From Hyphochytrium catenoides (lineage: Eukaryota > Protista > Hyphochytriomycota), in NCBI GenBank assembly GCA_900088475.1, contig FLMG01000335.1:196692-260691 (forward strand): 64,000 nt of DNA, written 5' to 3'. Shown here in pieces: positions 24,467-36,128 of this stretch. The notes under the pieces are model-generated. The model saw nothing but the letters and a program-made list of their open reading frames with translations. It searched no databases and was not told where the DNA came from. The first letter of the stretch is position 1. Each line of letters opens with the position of its first letter. The translations under genes and the position numbers were made by a program.

Positions 24467-27420
24467 TTAAAGAACTATATTGTTCTCGTTTTCCTCCTTC
24501 TTGCTTACGCCGACAGCACTCTCCGGACTGGCCTCTTCTGGAGCCAGTGGGGGTTCCTTCAACGCCCCATCGATAGAGACACTTCCATCGCTGTTGGGAG
24601 CTGTCCGCTGTTCCTCATCCTTCTTTTCCCTGACACAGAGGAAAAGACAGTCGAATAGTTCGTTGATATCGGACGTCGGCGAGGACGGCAGGTCCTTGAG
24701 CTCTAGCTCCATTTTGAGCGCTTCAACGAATGCCGCACGCTTCTGATCTGTTAGCTCTGCCTTCAATGTCTTCTTCAAGACTGTTCTTTTCTCTGCCTTG
24801 CGCCTGTGGAAGGGCAACAAGTGACTCTTTGGAAGGTTTCGAAATACAAGGAAATCACAGGAAAGTGAAGCAGTGGGGCCCTGCGGGAACGTGACCGGGC
24901 GATGGTGCTGTCCTCAGTAGGACTAATAGAACATGATGGGCTAATAACTCAGTATCCGAGAAGGGGCGAACGAACAGATCTCCCGAATCCCAACCTTGGG
25001 CACTGCATCTTCTTTTTCTGCAATATCTGCCTCATTTCGTTGTCTGTGAGTGGCCTCAAGTACTCGTCCACGCTTATGAACCGCTTCCCAAACGTGTAGC
25101 CGTCGACGAGCAGAGCATCCTGCTCCTTCAACAAGGCCGCCTCCAGAAGAATCAATTTGTCATATCTGTACCTCATTCCGGCAGTGAATAGAGTGATATG
25201 TTGGACACAATTAAGGGTTAGAAGATATATACGGGAGAGTCCACAGACCAATGCGGGCATGGGAGAAAGGGTACAGGACTGCGGAGAGGGGTATCAAGGA
25301 CAAGAGGAACCTTCTCAGCGAAGCATGATCATCCCGGTCTGATTAGAAAGTTGAGAGGGAAGGACCGACACTTTAGAGGACCAACCATTCGTGATAGATA
25401 TCCTCACCTGCTCCGTCCGTTGGGCTCTATCCTTCGCGCTCGCAGCTCTTCATCTAGCGAGTCTTCGTCTAGGGTATGCAACGGCTCCAGAACTCCAGCC
25501 GTTCGAAGGTGCGCTCTTCGGTTAATTATCTGAAGGAGATTAAGCCGATCTGCCAGCTCCTGGCGCTCACCCTTGGGAGTCACGCCTACCAAGTGCATCT
25601 TAGATTAGGGAAGCGCGCTCGTCCTCCAAGAACATCCCAAGCATCTCTGCATATAAGAGGGAATAGTCCCTCCCTCCGACTTCCCATATAGAGCTCGTTT
25701 CAGTCGCAATCCCGGTTGTTGGCTGGTAGTCGAAGTACACAGCGGATGCTTTTTGATTGTCTCTCTTTTTCTCTTTCTTTTGGGCTTTCTACCCGTGCTT
25801 TGCTTAGTGTCAAAGTGTAATCGCTCAGACCATCTTTTATCTAATGACTTCAAGAGCCTGGTCCTACGTTTCCCAGGTCAGGCTCCACCCTTCCACTTAC
25901 CATATGACAGAATCTCTTCTTTCAGCTCTTCAGTCCAGATGTCATTTACCAGCCTGATAAGCTCCTCTTTGCTGAGATCCTCTGGCTCCTGTGGGATGCT
26001 GTCTCCCTTGTGAGGTGCCGCTAAGACGCCCCCAACTTTTGGAGTAGATAACCTCCTCCTTTTGCTGAACATAGGAAGAGAAGCACTGTCTTCATGCATG
26101 CTGCGATCGAGTCGTCTTAAGTCTGCCGCAAGGTACTTGGCTTTCCTTCTTGCTTCCTTTTTCCTCTCATGAGCTTCGACCTCCATCAAGAGCTCGTCGG
26201 TGTCCAGCTCCTGTAAATTGAAGAAGAAGACCTTGGATGAAAACCTGGGGAATTTTGACGAATAGATCGATCATCACTGCCCGCAAGCTCTGTAAAAGAA
26301 GCAACTGTACTATGACGAGCGAGAGAGAACTATGCAGCGTGAAAAAGTTTGCGATAAAGAACAGCGCAGCGTTACCGCTGGATCCTTAAGAAATCTCTGC
26401 TCCATCCGCCGCTTGGTGGGCGAGAACATGTCAAACTCGAAGATTGTAGGGTCCGTGTTAAAATGTAAGGAGAATTTCCTCTTCTTTGAGGAAGATCCTG
26501 GAACTTTGAGGATGCTGTTTAGCTGTTCATTAAGTTGGGGCGGTGTGCTGGGCGTCTCCTGTGGACTCTCCCCTAGAGCAGATGTGGCTTCGGATGGAGA
26601 GGCAGGAGGCTGCAGACCGTCTTCTTGATGAGCCTTGCTAATCTGTCCATCTTTCTGGGCTTTCTGTCGGTTGAGGAGCACCTTTACCTTGCTAAAGAAC
26701 GAGGATAGAATCTTTTCTGGGTGCATGATTAGGGGACGGGTCATGAATAGTGCTGGAGACGTCCAACCTAGGTCTGGGATGTGCGCCAAACCACGCAATG
26801 AGTAGTCTTATCTAGTTCCTCTCCATCTAAAACCCTACATAATCGATCAACGCCAAGAGTCTGTCACTTTCACGTCTGGCGGAGAGACGTAAGACGCCCA
26901 CTGGTTGCTCAAACCTCCTTCGTCAACAGACCAGGAAGTAAAGAGGATTTGATGGACCAGGAGCAAAGCCGAGCTCCACTTTCAGAGCCGAGGAGAGGAA
27001 GACAGAGGACAGGACAAAGTGTTTGATGAGAAGGCAGAACGAGTTGGATGCTGGACTCTAGAGCCCCATGCAGTGCCTGAGTGCGATGCCACTGTGTGAA
27101 GGATGAATGAAGATCCCTGAGAGGGCTGAATGAAGATCCCAGAGAGAGAGTGACGCTGCCGTACAACTACAACGCACTGTGACTCATGCATCTCCACGCC
27201 CTCCAAGACTTTACCTTCAACCTTCTTGTCCGTTATTCGCACTTCTGTACGGTCTAGAAAACGAAGGTTTGAGGTTGTGATGGCCGTTAGCGGTCCCTCA
27301 CCAGTCACTGTATCTAGCCATGTCCAAGATATTAGGAATATAACTTCTTGGGAACTGATTATTTACGTACCCGAGTGATATCAATTCCAAATATCCCGCA
27401 GGCGAGTTGAAGAACCATTT
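24467..27420 (-). CDS. Hypothetical multi-exon protein, basic NLS-like motifs and repeated short helical (SAP/LEM-like) segments
   Basis: Protein-like exons bounded by GT/AG at about 26370-26800, 25900-26210, 25408-25600, 25000-25180 and 24467-24830: SSSKKRKF, SKRRRL, DLSKEELIRLV, TLDEDSLDEELRARRI, PLTDNEMRQILQKKKM. 5' end not resolved. Confidence 0.6.
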
Positions 27421-27525
27421 TCTGTGTCGTTTCAGCGGCGGTCCGATGGTGAAGATTCTGCAGAAAGCTGCACATGAAGCTGCGGACGAAGACAGAATGA
27501 CGATGGCGATTAGAGAGACAAGCGG

Positions 27526-30500
27526 ATGAGCTCTCTGAAGCTCAAAGGTTGAGACGCTTGCATGGGATAGCTTTGGTGTGACGGAGCCTACGCGCGTGTC
27601 TTACAGAGCAGCATCATATTATATAAAGGAAGATGTCAAGGAGCTACACGCCATTCACAGGTTTCTGCGGGGAAGTGGCCCTTCTCAGATCTGCGACGGT
27701 GTGCATTGGAAGTGGAAGGTTTCTGGTATGTGGATGGACCTCTTTATCCATACTTTGCCATTGGCATGGTCTGACCTACTGTTCTGTCCTCATACCGACA
27801 TCAGCGAGCTGTGCTCGTTCCTGTCGTGGACAGGTTGGGCGGGGTAATAATAGCTCAACCCCGAGGAACCTCGTTCGTGTCTTATTTGGCAGAGAACAAT
27901 GGCATTTACGAGGTCGACACGGTGGAAGAAAGTGGGACAGTAGCGACTTCTCGGTATCAGGTTCAGGCAGTGGGTTCTCTCTCCAAGACTCAGGACAAAG
28001 CTGCGCTCCTGACACTGGCCAGCCGTCTGAGGGACCTTCGCATTGTAGGGGTCGGGGTGACAGAGGCAGGTTTCCAAGAAAACAGGTAACTCAATGTCCT
28101 TTCTCCATTGTCTAGGACCGGGTGTTTGCTTCCATGTGCTCCATCGCGGTCGTTCTTACCCTCTATTGCCATGTCTAGTCAGAGTATCATGGACCTGGCA
28201 GAACTCCTTCACGCGGTTTACCGAGGCCGGCACTGTTCCCGACTGTCGGTGATAAACACTGACAACTTGCCCATGAATGGCTCCAAGCTCCGGTCTCTGG
28301 TGTTCAACACTGGACTTTGTTCCTCTGACACTGACTTCGCTTCCTGGCTGGAAAGAAGCGTCATTTTCCATAACACGATGGTAGACAGGATTACCTCTCA
28401 CAGAGCTCAAGACGAGCAGATCCCTAGAGCCGAGCCCCTTCCGTCTAAAGCTCTTGTCATCGAGGATCTCACTGAATCTCTCCCCGCAACTCTGACTCTA
28501 TCTCCTCCTCCTGGTGTAGTCATTTGTCGGGCAGAAGGAGAGCTGGGCTTGCATGTGAAGCTGAAGCTTCTGATTGCGAATGCTACTCATACAGCCATGG
28601 TTTACGGGATGGCGCTGTCCTGGTGCAAAGATACGTCCAGCTGTCGGGCGCATCCTGTCTTCATTACTCTAGGTATGGCTAGGATCTTAGGGACCTCGAG
28701 ATGGGTGATCTTCCTCTCTGTGTTACTTACTCCCTTACCCAATGCGGTTTGGCCCCTCAAGCAAAAAACACTTGTTGCCCGGAAAGTAACTTCTTTTTCC
28801 AAATGGGCTTCCATGCCTGATCTCAAGTTCTGCTTCATCGGGCCATCGTCTTGAGGGGACGCTCTGGGCCTTCGTACATGAACACTTATCCCCTTCGAAT
28901 AGCTGGTGGTTTCCTGCAGTCCGAGTTTGTTGTTCTCATGTCTGTTCCCTTTCTCTGTTGCATCCTTTTGCGCCGTAACGAAGTTGACAGAGTGTTCTGG
29001 GACGATATTCTGCCTTCATTCGAGGAAAAAGATCGGAGTGCCGCTGAGAAGACCTTCACTGAATGGAGAAAGAGGCTCCAACACCCATTCTTTGGCTTGA
29101 GCACCTTTTTCGTAGCTCAGAATGCAACTCAAAAGATAGGTAAAGACTGTGTTGATTCGCATTGGAACCTTTCCTCTACCTCTCTTCTACACTTTCCTGG
29201 AGTTCCGCGTGCTATCTTCCTTCCACTCTCTTCACTTTCTCTAGACACACTATAGACGCCCGCCGCCCAACTTCCATGGTCGCCCAACCCTCTTTGGGCT
29301 ACCTGAATGCAGTTAATCTTCGAAAACAGTAACAAGTACTCCTTTGCCTCTCTGAATCCGCAGTGATACGCCTCTTGCCTTCTATCAAGAAAGGAATAAC
29401 CGAGGGCAGAAAACCCAGTCGTTTCATGGCTTACTCTCTCGCCACAATACTCCGTTTCCTTACCCCCATGGGACAGAAAAGCAGTGCAGACGATGGAGTC
29501 TTCCTAGGTCTGCTTCCACCTTCGCCTCCTCACTTAGAAGGAAATAAGGAGGAAGGCAAGAAACGAGAGGAACCAGATAAAGTACACTATGCTGGGAAGC
29601 TTTACGTGGACTTTACATCTGGCATTTACTCTTTCAGAAACGACAGCCATCCGGAGATTCCCCCGATTTTGCAGATGCTGGCAAACGAAAGGGACCCTCT
29701 GTCCATGACTACTACTCTTTCTTCTCTTCTGTCGTCTCTCTTTGACATCAAAACTTCCTCCGCCCTGTGGATGGCTTTCTTTCGAGATGTCTCTCAGCTC
29801 TATGTAGACATGCTAGATCGGGAAGCGAAAGTGAAGACCATTCCCAGACGGGATCATCTCTATCTTGTCCAGCAGCTACTGGGCACTCCGTGTCCCTCCC
29901 ATACTCCTTCCTCCGTTGTGTCAGGTGAATACCTGCGGCATGCAGTCATTGAAGCGGCCGAGAAAGTACCGGTCATAGACCTCCACACCCATCTCTTTCC
30001 TCCTTCACACGGCTCCCTTATGCTGTATGGAGTGGATGAGTTGCTAACCTATCACTACCTCGTCGCTGAATACTTTATGGTAGCACCGGTCTCTATGACT
30101 CCTGAGAGTAAGTAGATGGTGGGGGTGAAATTGAGGCTGAGAAAGAAGATTAGACGTAATGGATGTTCTTGCTCCTTTGATTCTTTGTACCTCGATTCCA
30201 GCCATTTATTCTTCTCATGATTTGACATTCTTCCAACCTTTAGCACTCTCAGCAGCTGAAAGGCTCAGTTTGAGTTCTCGATATGGTTTCTATCAGTTGC
30301 TTCTGATCCTAGAAGTTTGGCGTTAAATCGAGTTTCCCCCTTTTAGAGTTCTACAGCTTGAGCAAGGAGGAGCAAGCGGACCTGGTCTGGGAAGAGCTCT
30401 TTATTCGGCGTCTTCCGCTTTCTGAGGCGTGCAGAGGAGTATTAACCACTCTTCAGGAGCTTGGTCAGGGAGAAAGGGTTCAAAAGAGAGATCTTTGTGG

Positions 30501-32435
30501 TATCAGGGCCTGGACGAGAGCCCAGGACCCCCAAACCTACGTCGACCTTGTAAGAGATGACCCTGGCCTACCTGCTGGCCTTTATGGATTAACCGACTGA
30601 TATCTTTGCACTCCCTAGTTCCCGCTCCGGGCCTGGTTTTCCTACCACGTTTGTTCCCTTTATCGTTATGATCTATGATCTTTCTTTGCTCCCTGGCTGC
30701 AACATATTCGTCACTCGCCATTGCACACCAATACAAGCGATTTCCTAACTTCCAACCTCAAACCTTATTATTAGGTCTTCAAGACTGCGAACATTAAGTA
30801 TGTGGTGATGACCAACATCCCTTATGTAGAGGCCGAGGCATCTGTATGGCTCAAGCCAGTCAGAGGAGCACCAAAGAATGACCGGTTCCGTTCTGCTCTT
30901 CGGATTGATTTATTCCTTTTACCTTCCTCCTGGGTGGAGGTGAAGCGACTGCTCACCTCGCAAGGCTATGAGGGATCAGCCGAGGGAGCCAAGCTTTACT
31001 TACAGGACTGGATACAGAGAATGAAACCCGAGTACTTCATGGCTTCAACGCCACCAGGCTTTGCCTACCGTAAGCGACATTCAATGTTCCTTCATATAAT
31101 CTTGGATAAAGTCCGCCCTCTCTTGTTGTTACCTCACACTGCCAACCTCTCACGCCTGCACAATTGCTATTGTACGTTCTTCGACCTCGTAGTGATCTTG
31201 CAGTCTTCTCCGTCCGTCCATCTCTTTCCATGTGATGGTAAATGTGATGTACCGTCTGAGCTCACAACTCTGGCCCACATTGATTGGTCCCTGCTCTTTC
31301 TTCTAGCGGCCTCAGCTCTTCCTAATGATACGCCCGATCTCCTTGAGAACGTGATTCTTCCCCTGGCTGTGAACCATCGACTGCCAGTGGCACTTAAGCT
31401 TGGTGCAGTGCGAGGACTCAATCCTGCCCTTGGAGCTGCGGGAGACGGAGTTGCAAAGGCGGAGCTGAGAAGCCTCTCAACATTGTGCAGACGGCACCCT
31501 GAAGTATGCATAACGCTAACGTGATCTTCCAACTCCATCTAGTCCTTACGGTGCATTAGTCTCCACTCCCGCCCATGTCCCTTCTGTTTCGGCTCGTCGT
31601 GTCAGTTCCCGTTACGTATATTGCACTTAGCGTTAAAGTTATGGAGGACAGCCTAGTATGATGATTTCCTCTGTGCTTATGACCTGCTCCTCGTTGTCTT
31701 CTCAGGTTAAATTCCTAGCCACCTGCCTCTCTCGGGATGACCAGCACGAGATATGCGTCCTTGCAAATAAGTTCAGGAATCTCCATTTATACGGCTGCTG
31801 GTGGTACTGCAACAATCCCTCCATTATAGAGGTATGACAGTGTCAACCAAGAGATCAACAATACCGAAGACGTAGCGAACCGGCTAGATGAGAGAAGAAG
31901 AGGTTGGATGGAGGGCGACTTCGGAGCAAGACAAGGACAGAGAAGAGACAGAAGGGAGAGACGAAGACAGAGAGAGAAAGAGAGAGAAAAAGAGAAGAGG
32001 AAGAAAGAAAGAAACAAAGAGAGGCAGGGAAGGAGAGAGAGAGGAAGAAAGAAAAAGGTACGGAGTGAGAGAGGGAGAAGGGGAAGCAGGGGTGTCGAGC
32101 CAAAAAAGAAGAGACGAGGAGCTTTTTCTTCATAGACCTTTGCCCCGGGCAGGGCTTCCCAGCCTTATTTACCCCTTCTCATTCCCTCCTATCAGTCCAT
32201 CACACATATGGGTGTCGAAATGCTAGGCTCTGCTTTCACCGCGCAGCACAGCGATGCTCGAGTGCTGGACCAGCTAATCTACAAGTGGAAACACTCGAGA
32301 AAGGTTATAGGCGAGGTCCTCGCTCAGCACTTTGAGAAGCTTTGGAACACTGGTTGGAGGTTTACAATGGCGGAGATAGAAAGAGAAGTGGCGCGCTTCT
32401 TAGGAGGAAGCTACGAAGAGTTTCTGGCAAAGTGA
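27526..32435 (+). CDS. Fusion protein: mannitol-dehydrogenase-family reductase (UxaB/UxuB-like) + uronate isomerase (UxaC, Bh0493 type), multi-exon
   Basis: N-half: VCIGSGRFL|RAVL (Rossmann), VGVTEAG, VINTDNLPMNG, FHNTMVDRIT, PRAEPLP, KLKLLIANATHTAM, RLQHPFF, NATQKI|IRLLP. C-half: VIDLHTHLFPP...GVDELLTYHYLVAE, PLSEACRGVLTTL, VVMTNIP, YFMASTP, KFRNLHLYGCWWYCNNPSII, TAQHSDARVLDQLIYKWKHSR. The two halves join inside one stop-free exon (29364-30107). Confidence 0.88.
31880..32120 (+). repeat. GA-rich low-complexity tract inside the last intron of the fusion gene
   Basis: Purine-only runs (agagagaaag agagagaaaa agagaagagg...). Confidence 0.8.
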
Positions 32436-33699
32436 GACCTAAAAAGGCCCAACCTGGCCCTTACTTGCGAATCCCAGTGTCACAGAACAGAAAGGAAGAG
32501 ACAGGATGTGGTAGACCATTGCAGAGCTGGGTCATTGGGGGGGAAAGGTTATCCGGTGGCCAATGCTAAGGATTCACGAGAGAAAAGAAGGAGTGAGAGA
32601 CACAAAGAGAGGACGAAGATGTGTATAAGGGCCAACGGAGGGGAGGAACTTGGGGAACACTTCGCTTCACTTTCAGCCTGGCTATCCTCAAGCAATTGCG
32701 GCCTCATACTAGAATTTGGATGGGAGTGAGAAGAGACCTCTCTTTCTACTGAGACGACTGACGAGGGAGGGCCTGATGGCGGGATCAGGAAATGGCAGAA
32801 AAGATGACGGCGAGATGAGCCGTAACGTTTTGGAGAGGTCCCAATCGAGGGAGCTCGAGGCCTCGTATATAGCTGATGATTGAGACTTTAGATACAGCCG
32901 GAGCTATCAGGAAGAGATGCACAAGGGCTGATGAATAAGAGAGGAGCGTGGGAGCAGTAGACTAGGCGGGACAAGTGGATATACTTTATATATTTGTCCT
33001 GAGTCATAGGACCCTGGCGCTCAATACATGGCTTTTCATTGGCCACCATCTGTGCTCTCAGAATCGAGGCTCATAACATCTTCACGAATGCTGACTTTCT
33101 CATCGATTTTTCCTCTTCTCTCGTTTCAAGATGGCCACAGGTAGACCATGGGACGGGCAGCGGAAAGACTAACAAAGGGCGATACAGATGTGCGCTTGAT
33201 TTGACGTAGAGACAGAAGGAAGAAACGTTCGAGAAAGAGACAGAGAACCAGAGAGAATGAGAGAGATAGACATAAGACACGATTAAAAGTCCTTGAAGAA
33301 GAAGAAGAACATCAATCCCCCGGTTACACTTTCCTACGTTCTTCTCGCTCAGCGTCCGTTTATGTCGAGCTTGATGCCTCCGAAGTAACCAGTGCACATT
33401 GCCCCCTCCTGTCTCACCAATTACGCCTCTCTCTCCTGTCTCTTCTACGCGATGGCCCTCTCTCTTCCTGATAGGTCATCCAAGAGGTGCCATCGTCTTT
33501 TAACTTTGATGTCATTCGACCTTCCATCCTTCTTGCACGTGCTGGCCTGCTTCTATAGATGAATTGGCATCCGAGGGACTGTTGTCCAACAGTCGAATGG
33601 TAGAGATAGGTACATTCTTACTTTCAAGAGGCCGACAGGTAGGAGCCCGGTGGATGACGATTTGGCTTCTCTTTTGCTGCTCTCTGACTTTCTCTTGTC

Positions 33700-33755
33700 T
33701 TCGACCACAAGGGACAGGTCATGTTTGTTCGACCACAAGGAACAGGTCAAGTTTG
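33700..33755 (+). repeat. 28-bp tandem duplication (2 copies, 2 mismatches)
   Basis: ttcgaccacaagggacaggtcatgtttg / ttcgaccacaaggaacaggtcaagtttg. Confidence 0.85.
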
Positions 33756-36128
33756 TTCTTCCTTTTACTTTCCACAAAATGAGAGTGAGAGGATGAGGGC
33801 CCCAATACTCAGACTGTTATACTCCCTGGGTTTCTTTGCTTCCTATCTCAAGGTTGTTTGCTGTTCCCTCCTTCCTTTCTGCCCATTGGTTCCCTCGCTC
33901 TTCCATCTTTCCTCTCTGGGTTGCCTCTTTCGTTCACCTCTTATCCTCAACACGGAGGATGCCCGGACGAGGCAGGTATCATCGCTAGACCACACAGGTA
34001 GAAAGCAGTCAAGGCCCTCTCCAGTCGCTATTCAATGTAGTAAGAGTTGACTCTTTCCCGTCTCCTCCGCATCATCATCGCTGCCATCTCCAGCTCAAGG
34101 AAGCAGAAGGTTGATGACTGGCCTTGTAGAGGCTTCCGTTACACATGGAAGCAGCAGCAGCAGCGGCCGTCGCCGCGCAGGGAACATGACTGTAAAGTGG
34201 TTCTAGGCGTGGGATTCTTGCTGCTCTATCTCTATCGTGCCATCGCTCTTGGTGATAACGACAGTCGTACAGCGGGAAGATGCGATCTTTCTCGTCATAT
34301 CTGTGTCTAGTGCGACTCTGTCTCTCACTTGGTTGTCGCAGTTGCTCCTCTTCAAGATGTACAACGAAAGAACGAGAAAGGACACGGACAACTCAACGAC
34401 CCTCATTCCGACATAATCTGACTCGCAGCCCCCTCGCTCTGTCTCTAGGTTTCCCTTACATACATTCTTCAATATGTCATCTCCTGATCTATCAATACAT
34501 CTCTCCCACTCCGCTGTCTCGACCTTGGTCATAGTTCCTCCTTACAGATGATGTTTTCCTAAAGTCCCTCTCACTTGCCCCATTATCCTGAGTCATACTA
34601 CTAACATAAAACAGGGATATATATGGTACTAAGAAGAAAGGTTCATGATTACTACTGATACTCTGTCTTGCTCCCCCAAGCCATACGACCTGAAGGCGGC
34701 GAAGGATGGAGGTTTGAGCGATAGGAGCCATAGGTGTAACCTTCTTATAGCGGCATACCTATAGGTGATGAGGACCACAATGGCCTCATCCCTAAGAGAA
34801 GCGCGGTAGAGGAGGGAGCAAAAGAGGAGAGGCTGTTTATTACTCCGGAGTATCTGTTTTCCTGTTCCTTCCGCCCCGCAGCCGTAATAATAACTCCGAC
34901 TGCCACACGCATCAACCCTAAGAGATAACTGATCTGTCGGTCCGTGGTAGTACGATGTAGCACCAGCGGGTCTGGAGGTCAAGAATACCAGCAGGAACGC
35001 ATCAACGCTCCTAGCAGTAGACCCCTTCCTCTAAACAGAACGAGACAGAGGTCACGGAGATATAGATTGAGCGACGTAGAGGGTAATAATAGATGTTAAT
35101 GATGAGCGTTTAAGGTGTTGGTCGTGTGAGACAGAATAGGCACTAGATAGGAAGGGAATAGACATATAACGCTGATATATAAGGAAGAGACAGGTACAAT
35201 TTGGGAGACAAAGAAAAGTGCTCTCCCATCAGACCTACATCTCTCCTGACTCTCTGTCGCCCTCTTTCTCCTTCTCCCGTTCTCTACTCCTCTCTCATCC
35301 CACCTCTCTCTCCCAGTTCAATCCCAATTACTTAAGTCATTCCGATGTCTCGCTCAATTCTGTCTTCCGCATTCCTCCTGTAGCGTAAATCTCTCTCCTT
35401 CTCTTCTTCATGTGAGAACGGCGCTGTGGCTGTGCTTGTCGTTTGGTTGCAGCTGCTTTGCTTCCTCGATGGTCCTTTACGCGCCCTCGACTCTCAACCT
35501 CTTACCTCTTCTTCTCCTGTCTCTTTCCTCTTGCAGTTCATTAGCTGCCTCTCTCCTCGGTCTGATGGCCTATGGAGAAGGATAGGTGAAAGTGCTTTCA
35601 AGGTAGGTACACGCGCAGAAAGAGACAAGACACTTTCTAGGAAAGTGTTGAAAGACACCGCCCGAGCGAGGAGATGCTGGTCAGGTGGTTGCTTGACTGA
35701 TGCTGTTGACAGAGGTCATTGACAGCAGACAAAGAGGAAACAGAAAGCAGAAGGCGAGGTGACAAGCGTGATGCAAGGCCCCACTTAAGCTTTTACCGCC
35801 TGGAGGCACGCACAGCTTTGCTGCCGCGACAGATAAGCGCTGAGACCAATCAAGGAAGACGGAGGTACCACTGGCATCTTGTGGGTCTCGATGGGTTAGC
35901 TCTGTCAGAGGCAGTCGAGGACCAGGTGACAAAGAGAGAGTAGTGCATATCAGTGTACTGAAGGCAGGAGTGCCATAAATGACGAGGGGGAATCGGCCCT
36001 CAGCACTTGCCGCTTTGGTCTCACCATCATTGGACGGTGGGAAAAAGGGACATGGAGAGAGAGAAGGAGGAATGACGGTTTCAGTACCTGCCGCTCCGTC
36101 TTCTGCGTCTGCGCCGTCTTTTGGCATT

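Noticed and set aside
33700-33755. 28-bp repeat as a CRISPR-like array
   Set aside because: Only two adjacent copies, no spacers, no cas genes, eukaryotic context.
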